A DNA stretch of 64,000 bases from Candidatus Omnitrophota bacterium. Its GTDB lineage: Bacteria > Omnitrophota > Gorgyraeia > Zapsychrales > Fredricksoniimonadaceae. Below the pieces are notes generated by a model that saw nothing but the letters and a program-made list of their open reading frames with translations, was not told the DNA's origin and did no database searches. This document shows positions 45,457 through 61,847 of the stretch, one piece after another (the first letter of the stretch is position 1; the number at the start of each line of letters is the position of its first letter). The position numbers and the translations under genes are program-made. The stretch lies in NCBI GenBank assembly GCA_037131245.1, contig JBAXRK010000009.1, forward strand, positions 12,388 to 76,387. Direction: 5' to 3'.

Positions 45457-45983
45457 TAAAAGTCGGTAAAGTTTACAGAGATAAAATGGTTAAAACGATC
45501 ACGGACGGGCTCGCGAAGAGCAGCACGTGCGTGGTGGTGAATTTCCAAAAGATTTCGTCGGGCGACCTTTCCCGCCTCAGGAAAACGCTCCGTCAGAAAA
45601 AAGCCAAGATGTGCGCGTCCCGCAACTCTCTGGTGAAGGTCGCATTCAAAGGGACGGATTACGCGTCGCTGGCCGAAGGCCTGACCGGGCAGACAGCGGT
45701 AATTTTCACCAGTGCTGATCCGGCCGATGTTGCCAAGATCCTTGTTGAGTTCGCCAAGAAGAACGAAACGTTCCTTTTCTGCGGCGGCGTCCTTGACAAG
45801 AGCCTCTTGCGCAAGGAAGACATCAAGCGCATTGCCGATCTTCCGTCGAAAGAAGTACTTCTTACCCAATTACTGGGCACACTCCAATCGCCGATGACGC
45901 GCTTGGCCAGGGCTTTGAACGGTAAAACCACAGAACTCATTCTGATCTTGAAACAGTTAAGCGAAAAAAGGGGAGGTAATTAA
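45453..45983 (+). CDS. rplJ: 50S ribosomal protein L10
   Basis: An ATGA overlap joins it to rplA. Its size and its position before rplL are typical of L10. Confidence 0.93.
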   Translation: MIKVGKVYRDKMVKTITDGLAKSSTCVVVNFQKISSGDLSRLRKTLRQKKAKMCASRNSLVKVAFKGTDYASLAEGLTGQTAVIFTSADPADVAKILVEFAKKNETFLFCGGVLDKSLLRKEDIKRIADLPSKEVLLTQLLGTLQSPMTRLARALNGKTTELILILKQLSEKRGGN

Positions 45984-46382
45984 ATGTCTGACAATGCAAA
46001 TCTTACTCCGAAGCTCGAGGAGCTCATCAAGAGCATCGAGACGCTCACAGCGTTGGAGCTTTCCGACCTCGTTAAGGCGTTGGAAAAGAAATTCGGCATC
46101 ACGGCTGCTGCGCCGATGATGATGGCGGGTCCCGCGGCCGGCGGTGCGGCGGCTCCGGCGGCTGAAGTCCAGACCACCTTTAAGGTCATTCTTAAAGACG
46201 CTGGTGCGAGCAAGATCAACGTTATTAAAGAAGTCCGCGCGATCACGAACCTCGGCCTGAAAGAAGCCAAGGACCTCGTCGAAGCTGCTCCTAAGGCCGT
46301 CAAGGAAGACGCCACCAAGGAAGAAGCCGAAGAGATCAAGAAGAAGCTGGAAGCGGCCGGCGCCAAGGTCGAGCTGCAGTAA
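45984..46382 (+). CDS. rplL: 50S ribosomal protein L7/L12
   Basis: It has an Ala/Gly/Pro hinge ([20 protein letters not shown]) and a C-terminal domain ([24 protein letters not shown]). Confidence 0.97.
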   Translation: MSDNANLTPKLEELIKSIETLTALELSDLVKALEKKFGITAAAPMMMAGPAAGGAAAPAAEVQTTFKVILKDAGASKINVIKEVRAITNLGLKEAKDLVEAAPKAVKEDATKEEAEEIKKKLEAAGAKVELQ

Positions 46383-46437
46383 TTCGGCAGCTTTTCATTG
46401 CGACGATATAACGTGTAAAGCCTTGTTCTTTAACAAG

Positions 46438-46473
46438 CTGGGGCGGATTTTTCCGCCTCAGCTCGTGTTTTTA
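46438..46473 (+). terminator. Attenuator-like hairpin in the rplL-rpoB spacer
   Basis: A 10-bp stem (gctggggcgg / ccgcctcagc, one G-U) is followed by tcgtgttttt. Confidence 0.45.
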
Positions 46474-46542
46474 AAAGGATTCTTTTAAAAACATCCCGAT
46501 CTGTAAGTGAGGCCTTATAGGCCGCCTCTCGATCGGGATCTC

Positions 46543-50031
<3,489 letters not shown>

Positions 50032-53000
50032 AGAAGTCATCACTCATGATCGTGTTTCCATTAAGATCGCTTCCCCGGAAGTCATCAAGTCGTGGTCTAC
50101 CGGCGCGGTCAAAAAAGCTGAAACGTTGAATTACCGCACCTTGAAGCCCGAGAAGGATGGGCTTTTCTGCGAACGCATTTTCGGGCCTGTTCGCGACTGG
50201 GAATGTAATTGCGGCAAGTACAAAGGGATCAAGTTCAAGGGAATTACCTGCGATCGCTGCGGCGTTTTGGTGACCCGTTCCTCAGTTCGCCGTGAACGCA
50301 TGGGCCATATCGACCTGGCTTGCCCGGTCACGCATATATGGTTTTACAAGGCTGTTCCCAGCCGACTGGCGGCCCTGTTGTCTCTTGGCCTGCGTGATCT
50401 CGAGAAGGTCATTTATTACGAAGAGTATGTTGTCATGGATCCCGGCACAACGCCTTTGAAGAAGAAGGAGTTACTGTCCGAGGATAAATATCAGGAAGCT
50501 GTTGCCAAATACGGTGCGGCTTTTAAGGCCAAGATCGGTGCCGAAGCGGTGCGCGACCTGCTTCGTGATATCGACATGGATGCGCTGTGCAAAAAGCTGC
50601 GCAAGGACCTGGAGAAATCCAATCCTAGCGGTACCAATTTCAAGAAGATCTCCAAGACGTTACAGATCGTCGAAGATTTCAAGGTGTCGGGCAATATGTC
50701 CGAGTGGATGGTCCTTGAGATCCTGCCGGTTATTCCGCCGGACCTGCGTCCGCTGGTTCCGCTTGAAGGCGGCCGGTTTGCCACTTCCGACCTTAACGAT
50801 CTTTATCGCCGCGTCATCAACCGCAATAATCGTTTGCGCAAGTTGATCGACCTGAGCGCTCCCGAGATCATCATCCGCAATGAGAAGCGCATGCTCCAGG
50901 AGGCGGTTGACGCCCTACTGGACAATGGCCGTCATGGCCGTCCGGTGCTGGGTTCCGGCAACCGTCCGCTGAAGTCATTGTCTGATATGCTCAAAGGTAA
51001 GCAGGGCCGGTTCCGCATGAACCTGCTCGGTAAACGCGTTGATTATTCCGGCCGTTCGGTCATTGTCGTCGGTCCGGAGCTCAAGATCCATCAGTGCGGC
51101 TTGCCGAAGAAAATGGCGCTCGAGCTTTTCGAGCCGTTCATTATCCGCAAACTGCGTGAAAAAGGTTTTGTCCATACGATCAAGGGCGCCAAGCGCATGG
51201 TCGAGCGTGCCAATGTTGAGGTTTGGGATATTCTCGACGAGGTTATTAAAGACCATCCGATCATGCTCAACCGCGCGCCAACCCTTCACCGCCTTTCGAT
51301 CCAGGCTTTTCAGCCGGTGCTTATCGAAGGCAAGGCGATCACGCTCCATCCGCTGGTTTGTACGGCATTTAACGCCGACTTTGACGGCGACCAGATGGCT
51401 GTGCATGTTCCTTTGTCCAACGAAGCCCAGATCGAGTGCCGGTTGCAACTTCTTTCGGTGAATAACCTTTTTTCGCCGGCAGATGGCCGCCCGATCGTTT
51501 CTCCGACCCAGGATATCGTTTTAGGGTTGTATTATTTGACGAAGGAAAAGAACGGGGCTATGGGTGAGGACAAGCTGTTCTCCAACCGCTCGGAAGTCAT
51601 TGTGGCTTACAATGATGGTCTGCTCGAGATCCATACCCGCATCCGTTTGCGCCTGGATTATCCGGTGTGGGGCGACGAGAAGCCTTCCATGGTCATCAAG
51701 ACCAGCCATGGCGTGACGACGGGTGAAGTAAAAACAGAAGAAATTAAAACTAGGATTATCGAAACGACAGTCGGCCGGGTGCTTCTTAACGAGGTGATCC
51801 CCGCCGGTCTCGGTTTTGTTAATGTCCTGCTGGATAAAAAACGCATTGGCGCGGTCATCGCGTCCTGCTACAAGATCCTCGGCCATCATGAAACGGTCCA
51901 GCTGCTTGACCGCATGAAAGCGCTGGGTTTCAGGTCAGCAACGGATGCCGGCATCTCGATCGCGATGTCTGATCTGACTGTCCCTAAAGAAAAGGTGACG
52001 ATCTTGGCCGGCGCCAAACAGGATGCCGATAAGGTCGAAGACCAGTATCACAAGGGTATCATCACGGGGCGCGAACGGTACAACAAGGTCATCGACATCT
52101 GGACGCACACAACAGAAGTCGTCTCCGACCTCGTGTTCAAAAAGATGGACCCGTTCAACCCTGTTTTCATTATGGCTGATTCCGGCGCGCGCGGTTCGAA
52201 ATTACAGATCCGTCAGCTTTCCGGTATGCGCGGCCTGATGGCTAAGCCGTCGGGTGAGATCATCGAGAATCCCATCACCGCTTGTTTCCGCGAAGGGCTG
52301 ACGGTATTGGAATATTTCATCTCGACGCATGGTGCCCGTAAGGGTTTGGCGGATACGGCGCTTAAAACGGCCGACGCCGGTTACCTGACACGCCGCTTGG
52401 TCGACGTGGCCCAGGAAGTCGTGGTTACGGTCGATGATTGCGGCACGCTCAACGGCGTCGCCGTTTCAGCGATCGTTGAAGGCGACGAGGTTGTTGTTTC
52501 GCTCAAAGAACGTATTGTCGGGCGCGTCGCGCTTGACAGTATCGTTGATATTGTCACTGACCAGAAAGTTGTTTCGTCCGGCGAGATCATTTCCGAAGAA
52601 AATGCCGACATGATCGAACAGCTTGGCATCGAGAAGGTTCGCATCCGCAGCGGTCTTACCTGCGAAGCACAGAAAGGTATTTGCGCCAAATGCTACGGGC
52701 GCAACCTGGCAACGCACCGTATGGTCGAGCTTGGCGAGGCGGTCGGTATCATTGCTGCCCAGTCGATCGGTGAGCCTGGTACGCAGCTGACGATGAGAAC
52801 GTTCCATATCGGCGGTACCGCGAGCCGTTCTGTTGAACAGTCTTTCCTCCGCTCCAAGAACAAGGGTGCGATCAAGTATCATCAGTTGCGCGTTGTTCAA
52901 AAGGGCAAGGAGTTCATTGTCCTTAATCGCAACGGTTCGATCTCGATCAATAACGAGTACGGCCGTGAGCATGAACGCTATCAACTTCCTCAGGGCGCGT

Positions 53001-54068
53001 CGATCTCGATCGCTGATGGATCGAATGTTGAGGCGGGTGTTATTTTCGCCAAGTGGGATCCTTATACCATTCCGATCATCACCGAAGTCAAAGGTGTGAT
53101 CACGTTCGAGGACCTCAAAGAAGGTATTACGGTCCGCGAAGAGCAGAGCCCGGTCACCGGCGTTACTGAGCGCGTGGTCGTGGAACATAAGCAGGAATAT
53201 CATCCGCAGATCGTCATTAATGTCGGTGCGGAAGTCGCGGGTATTTACTCGATCCCTGTCGGCGCGCATATCCTGGTTGAAGACAAGCACACGGTCGAGG
53301 CGGGTGAACTGATCGCTAAGATCCCGCGGGGTGCCCAGAAGACGCGCGACATTACCGGCGGTCTGCCGCGTGTCGCCGAGCTTTTTGAGGCGCGCCGCCC
53401 GAAAGATCCGGCTGTTATCGCCGAGATCGACGGGCTTGTTGAATTCGGCGAGGACCGTCGTGGCCACCGCACGATCATTGTCAAGAGCTCGACGGGCATG
53501 TCGAAGGAATATACTATTCCGCACGGCAAGCACCCGACGGTATACAAGGGTGACAAAGTATTCGCCGGCCAATCCTTGACGGAAGGCCCTGTTGTTCCTC
53601 AGGATATTTTGCGTGTTCAGGGCGACAAGGAGCTGCAGGAATATTTGCTTAATGAGGTCCAGGAAGTTTATCGTCTTCAGGGCGTCAGGATCAATGATAA
53701 ACATATTGAGCTTATTATTTCGCAAATGCTCAAGAAAGTCCGTATCGACGAAGCTGGCGATAGCGATTTTCTCGCCGGTGAGCAGGTTGACCGGTTGGTA
53801 TTTAAAAACACGAATGAAGAATTACTTAAAAAGAAAAAGAAGCCCGCGTCCGCGACACCGCTCCTTTTGGGCATCACAAAAGTGTCTTTGTCGACGGAGA
53901 GTTTTATTTCCGCGGCCAGCTTCCAAGAAACAACAAGAGTGTTGACAGAAGCGGCTTCGAGTGGTAAAATCGACACTCTTTCTGGGCTTAAAGAGAACGT
54001 TATCGTCGGGCATTTGATCCCGGCGGGGACGGGTTTTCCTAAGTATCAAAAAATAGAAATGGTTAAGT

Positions 54069-54443
<375 letters not shown>

Positions 54444-54446
54444 TTT

Positions 54447-54917
54447 ATGAGAAGAAGACGCGCAGATAAGAGGATCGTCACGCCTGACCCCAAGCACAGC
54501 AGTGAGCTGGTTTCCCGCTTTATTAATGTGATCATGGAAGAGGGAAAGAAGGGGGTCGCCGAGCGTGTAGTTTACGGTGCGCTTGATATTATGCAGGAAA
54601 AACTTCCTGAAGAGCCTGTTCTCAAGGCCTTCAGCAAAGCGATAGATAATGTCCGTCCTAAAGTTGAATTAAAAGCCCGCCGTGTTGGTGGTGCCACCTA
54701 TCAGGTTCCTGTCGATGTGTCATCGATTCGCGGCACGTCATTGGCTCTTCGCTGGGTGCGGGATTTTGCCCGTAAGAAAAAGGGCAAGCCGATGCTCAAC
54801 AAAATTGCTGATGAACTTATCGCGGCCTATAAACAGGAAGGCGCAGCGATCAAGAAGCGCGACGAGACGCATAAAATGGCCGAAGCCAATAAGGCGTTCA
54901 GCCACTTCCGTTGGTGA
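54447..54917 (+). CDS. rpsG: 30S ribosomal protein S7
   Basis: It carries PDPKHSSELVSRFINVIMEEGKKGVAERVVYGA. Confidence 0.97.
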   Translation: MRRRRADKRIVTPDPKHSSELVSRFINVIMEEGKKGVAERVVYGALDIMQEKLPEEPVLKAFSKAIDNVRPKVELKARRVGGATYQVPVDVSSIRGTSLALRWVRDFARKKKGKPMLNKIADELIAAYKQEGAAIKKRDETHKMAEANKAFSHFRW

Positions 54918-55033
54918 AGCTCCTGATGTTTAAGTGTTGGTGCGGAATCCCGCGCCGCCGATACCCGAGCGGGTAAGGATATGGTGGCGGGATAATAAAT
55001 TTTTCAGTTAATACTAAGAAGGAATAAGAATAG

Positions 55034-57136
55034 ATGGCCGCAGAGCATTACAGCCTAGATAAAGTTAGAAATATCGGTATTATCGCGCATATTGACGCCG
55101 GCAAAACGACCACGACAGAGCGTATCCTTTATTACACTGGTACTATTCATCGAATGGGCACTGTTGATGAAGGCAATACGGTCATGGATTGGATGGAGCA
55201 GGAAAAAGAGCGCGGTATCACGATCACCTCTGCGAACATCACCACTTTTTGGAAAAGTTTTAAGATCAATATTATCGACACGCCCGGCCACGTCGATTTC
55301 ACGGTTGAAGTAGAGCGCTCCTTAAAGGTTCTTGATGGCGCTGTTATCGTGCTTTGTGCGACCAGCGGCGTTCAGTCTCAAACTGAGACCGTTTGGCGTC
55401 AGGCCGACCGGTATGCTGTCCCGCGCATCGCTTTTATCAACAAAGTCGATCGTCTTGGGGCTGATTTTGATCGCGTTCTCAAGCAGATCTACGAGCGCCT
55501 GGGTGCTAACGCGGCCGCGATCAATTTTCCGGATCATCATGAAGACAAGTTTAAAGGCATCATCGATGTCGTGACGATGAAATACGTCACGTATGAAGAT
55601 GCCGATGGCATGAAAGTCAATATTTCTGATATCCCCGAAGAGTTCAAGGCGAAAGCTGAAGCGGCGCGCCACCTCCTTTTGGAAAAGGTTGGTGAGGCGG
55701 ACGACTTCATCATGGAGAAATATATTCACGAACAGCCGGTTACGGTTGAAGAGTTAAAGGCCGGTATCCGTCGCGGCGTTCTGAAGGCCAAGTTCCTGCC
55801 GGTCCTTTCAGGCACGGCGCTTAAGAATCGCGGCGTTCAGATGGTCCTTGACGCGGTCACTGATTTTCTTCCTTCGCCGTTGGATGTGCCGCCTGTTAAA
55901 GGAAAACACCCCTACAAAGACGAGGTTATTGAGCGTAAGCCGTCGGATAGCGAGCCTTTGTCCGCGCTGACGTTCAAGATCATGTCTGATCCTTATGTTG
56001 GAAAATTATTCTTCACACGTATTTATTCCGGTGTCATTACTTCCGGTGAAACATATTTGAATAGCACCCGCGACAAACGTGAGCGTGTTTCCAAAATTGT
56101 TGTTATGCACGCTGTCAAGCAGGAGATCGTGGCTAAAGCCGGGGCGGGAGAGATCGTTGCGCTGGTAGGCTTGAAAGAAACGAAAAATGGTGATACACTC
56201 TGCAACGAAGAAACGCCTATTGTCCTTGAGAACATGAAAGTTCCTGAGCCTGTTGTGTCAATGTCTCTTGAACCGAAGTCCAAGGCTGACCAGGATAAGT
56301 TGGGCATTTCGATCAAGAAATTCTTGGATGAAGACCCCTCGCTCAAGGTCGAGTATGATCAGGAAACTTGTCAGACGATCATTTCCGGTATGGGTGAGTT
56401 ACACCTTGAGATCATTATTGACCGGATGCGCCGCGAACATGGTATTGAGGCGAATATCGGCCGTCCTCAGGTAGCTTATAAAGAAACGATCACCCGTAAG
56501 GCCGAAGATGTCGTCGGTAAGCATATTTCGCAGTCCGGCGGCCGTGGTCAGTATGGGCACGTTGTTATTGATATCGAACCCGGTGAAAAGGGTTGTGGCG
56601 TCAAATTTGTTGATGCGATCCGCGGCGGATCCATTCCGCGCGAGTTCATTAAGTCGGTTGAGAACGGGATCAAGTCCCAGGCTTTAAATGGTGTTCTGGC
56701 GGCTTACCCGGTAGCTGATATTGTTGTCACCCTCGTTGATGGTTCCTACCACGATGTTGACTCCAGCGATATCGCTTTTCAAATGGCGGCTAAATATGCG
56801 CTGAAAGACGCGCTGGTGAAGGCCGGTTCTGTTTTTACCGAGCCGATCATGGCGGTTGAGATAAGCTGTCCCGAAGAGTTCATGGGCTCCGTTATCGGCG
56901 ACCTTAATACTCGCCGGGCCAAGATCACCGAGCTGGGCAGTATTGGCGTGCTGAAAACGGCGCGCGCGGATGTACCGTTGTCTGAAATGTTCAATTACGC
57001 TAACGCACTGCGGTCATTAACGCAGGGCCGGGCGAGTTTTTCGATGGAGCCTTCTTATTATGCGCAGGTTCCTAATATGCTCGCCGAGAAGATCATCGGT
57101 TCGCGTCAGGAATTCATTAATAGAAGAAAAACATAA
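55034..57136 (+). CDS. fusA: Elongation factor G
   Basis: It carries IGIIAHIDAGKTTTTERILYYTG, DTPGHVDF and NKVDR, at full length (700 aa). Confidence 0.97.
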   Translation: MAAEHYSLDKVRNIGIIAHIDAGKTTTTERILYYTGTIHRMGTVDEGNTVMDWMEQEKERGITITSANITTFWKSFKINIIDTPGHVDFTVEVERSLKVLDGAVIVLCATSGVQSQTETVWRQADRYAVPRIAFINKVDRLGADFDRVLKQIYERLGANAAAINFPDHHEDKFKGIIDVVTMKYVTYEDADGMKVNISDIPEEFKAKAEAARHLLLEKVGEADDFIMEKYIHEQPVTVEELKAGIRRGVLKAKFLPVLSGTALKNRGVQMVLDAVTDFLPSPLDVPPVKGKHPYKDEVIERKPSDSEPLSALTFKIMSDPYVGKLFFTRIYSGVITSGETYLNSTRDKRERVSKIVVMHAVKQEIVAKAGAGEIVALVGLKETKNGDTLCNEETPIVLENMKVPEPVVSMSLEPKSKADQDKLGISIKKFLDEDPSLKVEYDQETCQTIISGMGELHLEIIIDRMRREHGIEANIGRPQVAYKETITRKAEDVVGKHISQSGGRGQYGHVVIDIEPGEKGCGVKFVDAIRGGSIPREFIKSVENGIKSQALNGVLAAYPVADIVVTLVDGSYHDVDSSDIAFQMAAKYALKDALVKAGSVFTEPIMAVEISCPEEFMGSVIGDLNTRRAKITELGSIGVLKTARADVPLSEMFNYANALRSLTQGRASFSMEPSYYAQVPNMLAEKIIGSRQEFINRRKT

Positions 57137-57169
57137 ATTCGATAGTGATAGTTAAAGGGAGGAAATAGT

Positions 57170-58363
57170 ATGGCAAAAGAAAAATTCGAAAGAAATAAAC
57201 CGCATTTGAACATCGGCACGATCGGTCACGTTGACCATGGTAAGACCACGCTTTCTTCCGCGATCACGACAGTGCTGGCGGAAAAAGGTTTAGCTACTGC
57301 CCGCGCCTATGATTCTATTGATAACGCCCCTGAAGAGAAGGCCCGCGGCGTAACCATTAATATCGCTCACTTGGAATATCAGACTGATACGCGCCATTAC
57401 GCGCACATCGATTGCCCTGGTCACGCGGACTTCATTAAGAACATGATCACCGGTGCTGCCCAGATGGACGGCGCGATCCTGGTTGTGTCTGCCGCGGACG
57501 GCCCGATGCCCCAGACTCGCGAACATATTCTCCTGGCTCGCCAGGTTAACGTGCCTAAGATTGTTGTCTTCCTTAATAAGTGCGACATGGCTGATCCGGA
57601 GCTTCTGGATCTCGTTGAGATGGAAGTGCGCGATCTTTTGACCAAGTATAAGTTCGATGGCGACAACACCCCGGTTATCCGTGGGTCCGCTCTTGACGCG
57701 CTCAACAACCCCAAGGATATTGCCGGCAAGGCCAAGTGTGTTATCGATTTGATGGCCGCCGTCGATGCCTGGGTTCCGATGCCTGTTCGTGAGCTTGATA
57801 AGCCTTTCCTGATGGCCATCGAAGACGTTTTCTCAATTTCCGGTCGTGGTACTGTAGCGACAGGTCGTATCGATCGCGGGATCGTCAAGGTTGGTCAGGA
57901 CGCGGATATCGTTGGTCTTCGTCCCGAGATCGGCAAGACGACAGTTACGGGTGTTGAGATGTTCCGTAAGGAGCTCGATCAAGGTCAGGCCGGTGATAAC
58001 GTCGGGTTATTGCTGCGCGGCGTGGATAAGGACAAGATCGAACGCGGAATGGTTTTAGCCGCTCCGGGTACGATCAAGCCGCACAAGAAGTTCAAGTGCA
58101 GTGTTTACATTCTCTCTAAAGAAGAAGGCGGGCGTCATACACCGTTCTTCAAAGGCTACCGTCCTCAGTTCTATTTCCGTACCACGGACGTTACCGGTAC
58201 GGCCGAGCTTCCGGCGGGTGTTGAAATGTGCATGCCTGGCGATAACGTGGCGCTGACGGTTGAATTGATCGTCCCCGTCGCGATGGAAAAAGAGCTTCGT
58301 TTCGCTATCCGCGAGGGTGGCAAGACGGTTGGTGCAGGCGTGGTCAGTGAGATCATTGAATAA
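57170..58363 (+). CDS. tuf: Elongation factor Tu
   Basis: It carries [21 protein letters not shown] and NKCD, at 397 aa. Confidence 0.98.
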   Translation: MAKEKFERNKPHLNIGTIGHVDHGKTTLSSAITTVLAEKGLATARAYDSIDNAPEEKARGVTINIAHLEYQTDTRHYAHIDCPGHADFIKNMITGAAQMDGAILVVSAADGPMPQTREHILLARQVNVPKIVVFLNKCDMADPELLDLVEMEVRDLLTKYKFDGDNTPVIRGSALDALNNPKDIAGKAKCVIDLMAAVDAWVPMPVRELDKPFLMAIEDVFSISGRGTVATGRIDRGIVKVGQDADIVGLRPEIGKTTVTGVEMFRKELDQGQAGDNVGLLLRGVDKDKIERGMVLAAPGTIKPHKKFKCSVYILSKEEGGRHTPFFKGYRPQFYFRTTDVTGTAELPAGVEMCMPGDNVALTVELIVPVAMEKELRFAIREGGKTVGAGVVSEIIE

Positions 58364-58390
58364 CCTTTAATAAAGAGTTGTCAGAGGCAC

Positions 58391-58693
58391 ATGCAGAAAA
58401 TAAGGATCAAACTCAAAGCGTATGATCATCGGCTGATCGATCAGTCGACCCAGGAGATCGTTGACACGGCAATCCGGACGGGGGCGAAGGTTCATGGCCC
58501 CGTTCCGCTGCCGACGAAGAAGGAACTGTACACCGTCCTTCGTTCGCCAGTGATCGATAAGAAGTCCCGTGAGCAGTTCAGTTTGGCTACCCACAAGCGC
58601 CTGATCGACCTGGTCGATCCGACCTCGAAAACGGTTGAGGCCTTGCGGAAGTTGAATCTCCCTGCTGGCGTGGATGTTGAAATCAAACAATAA
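58391..58693 (+). CDS. rpsJ: 30S ribosomal protein S10
   Basis: It begins [19 protein letters not shown]. Confidence 0.97.
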   Translation: MQKIRIKLKAYDHRLIDQSTQEIVDTAIRTGAKVHGPVPLPTKKELYTVLRSPVIDKKSREQFSLATHKRLIDLVDPTSKTVEALRKLNLPAGVDVEIKQ

Positions 58694-58710
58694 TTAAAGT
58701 GGTCGAAGAT

Positions 58711-59418
58711 ATGATCAACGGTTTGTTGGGTAAGAAAATAGGAATGACTCAGTTTTTTGATAAAGAAGGCAATGTCATTCCGGTGACGGCCATTGAAGTG
58801 GGGCCGTGCTATGTTATCGGCGTCAAGGAAACCCCTAAGAAAGTGGTCCTTGGGTTTGACGAGATCAAAGAAAAAAATTGCAATAAGCCACGGCTTGGTG
58901 TTTTCAAGAAAGTTAATGTTCCGGCGCTGCGCACGATCAAGGAGTATAAGTCCTCTGATAATGCCGGCTACCAGTCCGGGCAGAAGCTTTTGGCCGACAT
59001 TTTCCGTGCTGGTCAGTATGTTAATGTGATCGGTACGTCGATGGGAAAAGGTTTTCAGGGTGGTATGAAGCGCCATAATTGGTCAGGCGGCGGTGCGGGA
59101 CACGGTTCCATGCATCATCGTCAGATCGGTTCCGTCGGTGCCAATACATATCCCGGCCGTGTTCTTCGTGGAAAGACCATGCCTGGCCATATGGGCGATG
59201 CCCGTGTAACGGTTCATAATCTCCGCGTTATGCATGTTGATGTCGCAGAAAATATGATCCTGGTCAAGGGGGCTATCCCTGGATGTAAAAATGGCCTGGT
59301 TTCGGTGGAGCATTCATTCAAGAAGGCGTACCGTTCATTCGACGAGAAAAAGGAAGTTGTTATCCATAAGCGCAACCCGATGAAGCAGGCAAAAGCCAGT
59401 GTCAAGGGTAAGGCGTAA
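58711..59418 (+). CDS. rplC: 50S ribosomal protein L3
   Basis: I prefer the ATG at 58711 ([16 protein letters not shown]) over the ORF-track GTG at 58699. Confidence 0.95.
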   Translation: MINGLLGKKIGMTQFFDKEGNVIPVTAIEVGPCYVIGVKETPKKVVLGFDEIKEKNCNKPRLGVFKKVNVPALRTIKEYKSSDNAGYQSGQKLLADIFRAGQYVNVIGTSMGKGFQGGMKRHNWSGGGAGHGSMHHRQIGSVGANTYPGRVLRGKTMPGHMGDARVTVHNLRVMHVDVAENMILVKGAIPGCKNGLVSVEHSFKKAYRSFDEKKEVVIHKRNPMKQAKASVKGKA

Positions 59419-59439
59419 TAGAGCAAAGTGAAGGAAGTA

Positions 59440-60063
59440 ATGCCTAAGTTAACTATATACAATACTGATGGTAAAGAAACTGGATCGATGGATCTTCCCG
59501 AAGCATTCGGCGAGAAGGTTAATCAGGACGTGATACACCAGGCGGTGATCATGTACCAGGCCAACGAGCGCCAGGGCAATGCTGACACCAAGATCCGTTC
59601 GGAGGTATCTGGTGGTAATAAGAAGCCTTTTCGCCAGAAGGGGACCGGCCGCGCCCGTCAGGGTTCAAGCCGCTCTCCGCTGATGCATCACGGCGGTATT
59701 GTTTTCGGCCCGCATCCCCGGAGTTTCAGTTATGTGGTTCCGAAAAAGGTCCGCGTGGCCGCTTTGAGGGAGTCACTGAAGACGAAGATCAATGGTGATT
59801 CTCTTTGCTGCATCGATGCGATCGCCATCAAGTCTGGAAAAACCAAGGATTTTGTGGCTGTTTTGAAGAATCTTAAAGTCAGCGGCAAGAAAGTTCTGGC
59901 TTTATTCGACGATTGCGCAAAAGAAGTGACGCTGGCATCCCGTAATGTTCCGCGGCTTGCTCTGGTTAAACCCATGGAAGTGAACGCGTTGGATATTCTT
60001 AAGAATAATAAAGTCGTGGTCACTAAAGCCGCGATGGAAAAAATCCTGAAGAGATTACAATGA
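59440..60063 (+). CDS. rplD: 50S ribosomal protein L4
   Basis: The ATG at 59440 is preceded by gaaggaag. It carries [16 protein letters not shown]. Confidence 0.95.
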   Translation: MPKLTIYNTDGKETGSMDLPEAFGEKVNQDVIHQAVIMYQANERQGNADTKIRSEVSGGNKKPFRQKGTGRARQGSSRSPLMHHGGIVFGPHPRSFSYVVPKKVRVAALRESLKTKINGDSLCCIDAIAIKSGKTKDFVAVLKNLKVSGKKVLALFDDCAKEVTLASRNVPRLALVKPMEVNALDILKNNKVVVTKAAMEKILKRLQ

Positions 60064-60338
60064 TCACGAGCTACGACATTATTAAAGCGCTGTTACGTAC
60101 GGAAAAAAGCACCGGCCTTGAGAAGGCACGCCAATATGTTTTTAATGTGGCAACGGCTGCGACTAAAATTGATATCAAGAAGGCCGTAGAAGGTATTTAC
60201 AAGGTTAAAGTCGAATCGGTCAATGTGGTCAATGTTCCGGGCAAGAAAAAACGCGTGCGTCAGCGCATCGGCTACACGTCCGATTGGAAAAAGGCGTTCG
60301 TCACTCTTAAAGAAGGCAGCAAGATCGAGGTAGCTTAA
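60060..60338 (+). CDS. rplW: 50S ribosomal protein L23
   Basis: An ATGA overlap joins it to rplD. It carries LLRTEKS and [17 protein letters not shown]. Confidence 0.95.
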   Translation: MITSYDIIKALLRTEKSTGLEKARQYVFNVATAATKIDIKKAVEGIYKVKVESVNVVNVPGKKKRVRQRIGYTSDWKKAFVTLKEGSKIEVA

Positions 60339-60340
60339 CA

Positions 60341-61180
60341 ATGGGTATTAAAAGATTTAAACCTACAACGAATGGTGTCAGGCACGCAGCTCTGGTTGAT
60401 TTTGCCGAGCTTACCAAGCATAAGCCTGAAAAGTCACTCCTGGAGCCTTTAAAAAAGACCGGTGGCCGCAATAACAACGGCCGTATCACATCCCGTCATA
60501 AGGGCGGCGGTCATAAGAGAATGTATCGCGTGATCGATTTCAAGCGTACCCGTGTTGATGATCCGGCGATCGTGATCGGTATCGAGTATGATCCCAACAG
60601 GACTTGCCGCATCGCGCTCATTGAGTACAAGAGCGACAAGACCCGTAGTTATATTTTGTCACCTCTTGAGTTGAAGACCGGCGACACGGTCGTTAGCAGC
60701 AATTCCGAGAATATCGAGATCCATGCGGGGAACGCGCTTCCTTTGGCGAAGATTCCGATGGGTACCGCGGTTCATAATGTCGAATTAAAGCCTGGCAAAG
60801 GCGGTAAGATCGTTCGTTCAGCCGGCACGTCAGCTCAGCTTTTGGGTAAGGAAGGTGATTACGCCATCCTGCGCCTGCCTTCGAGCGAAATGCGCAGGGT
60901 CCTGATCAACTGTCGCGCCACGATTGGTCAGTTAGGTAATATTGAGCATGGTTCCCAGTCGATCGGTAAAGCCGGCCGTAATCGCTGGAAGGGCATTCGT
61001 CCGCAGTCGCGCGGTGTCGTTATGAATCCTGTTGACCATCCTCACGGCGGCGGTGAAGGTAAAACGCCTCAGGGTAATCCGCACCCGGTATCTCCGTGGG
61101 GTTGGAAGACCAAGGGCTTCAAGACGCGTTCGAAGCGCAAATATTCAAATCAGTTCATTATCAATAGAAGGACGAAGTAA
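60341..61180 (+). CDS. rplB: 50S ribosomal protein L2
   Basis: It carries [19 protein letters not shown] and [14 protein letters not shown]. Confidence 0.97.
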   Translation: MGIKRFKPTTNGVRHAALVDFAELTKHKPEKSLLEPLKKTGGRNNNGRITSRHKGGGHKRMYRVIDFKRTRVDDPAIVIGIEYDPNRTCRIALIEYKSDKTRSYILSPLELKTGDTVVSSNSENIEIHAGNALPLAKIPMGTAVHNVELKPGKGGKIVRSAGTSAQLLGKEGDYAILRLPSSEMRRVLINCRATIGQLGNIEHGSQSIGKAGRNRWKGIRPQSRGVVMNPVDHPHGGGEGKTPQGNPHPVSPWGWKTKGFKTRSKRKYSNQFIINRRTK

Positions 61181-61181
61181 T

Positions 61182-61469
61182 ATGGCACGTTCTATTTCCA
61201 AGGGGCCTTTCGTCGATGAATCCCTCAGGCGCAAGTTTGACAAGATGGTGACTTCCGGTCAACGTCAGCCGATCAAGACCTGGTCGCGCCGTTCCACGAT
61301 CATGCCGGACTTCGTATCGTATACGTTCTCAGTACATAACGGCCAGAAGCATGTGCCGGTCTTTATCACCGAGAACATGGTCGGGTTCAAGCTCGGCGAG
61401 TTCGTTCCGACGCGTACATTCAAACAGCATGGTGGCGTCAAAGCCAAGAAGGCCATGCAGAAGAAGTAA
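61182..61469 (+). CDS. rpsS: 30S ribosomal protein S19
   Basis: I prefer the ATG at 61182 ([12 protein letters not shown]); the ORF-track extension from 61032 overlaps rplB. Confidence 0.96.
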   Translation: MARSISKGPFVDESLRRKFDKMVTSGQRQPIKTWSRRSTIMPDFVSYTFSVHNGQKHVPVFITENMVGFKLGEFVPTRTFKQHGGVKAKKAMQKK

Positions 61470-61483
61470 AAAAAGGCTAAAAA

Positions 61484-61822
61484 ATGATCGCACAAGCTAA
61501 AGGTCGTCATCTCAGGGTTTCTCCCACGAAGGTCAGGCAAGTCCTTGATCTGATCAGGGGGAAGAGTGTTCCGGTTGCCATCGGTATTCTGGAGCATCTC
61601 AACAAGCCTGTTAAGGAAAAAGTTGTCAAGGTGCTGCATTCGGCGGTTGCTAATGCCAGGCAGAAGGGTCTTACGGAAGACCAGCTGATCGTCTCCAAGA
61701 TCGTCGCGGACCAGGGTTCTGTTTGGAAGCGCTTTCGCGCGGCTTCTTTCGGGCGGGCTAGCGAGATCCTCAAGAAGACATCACACATCACTATCGAGTT
61801 AGACCTAAAGACCAAGGCTTAA
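61484..61822 (+). CDS. rplV: 50S ribosomal protein L22
   Basis: It carries HLRVSPTKVRQVLDLIRGK. Confidence 0.96.
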   Translation: MIAQAKGRHLRVSPTKVRQVLDLIRGKSVPVAIGILEHLNKPVKEKVVKVLHSAVANARQKGLTEDQLIVSKIVADQGSVWKRFRAASFGRASEILKKTSHITIELDLKTKA

Positions 61823-61847
61823 AGACCAAAAAAAGAGGTTATCAGAC

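Noticed and set aside
52466-53725. 419-aa ORF on the minus strand, and similar ORFs at 46843-47850, 49414-50043 and 62055-62807
   Set aside because: They are antisense to rpoC, rpoB, rpsC and rplP, whose plus-strand products are unmistakable. The minus-strand products have no independent signals (no RBS, Arg-rich composition).
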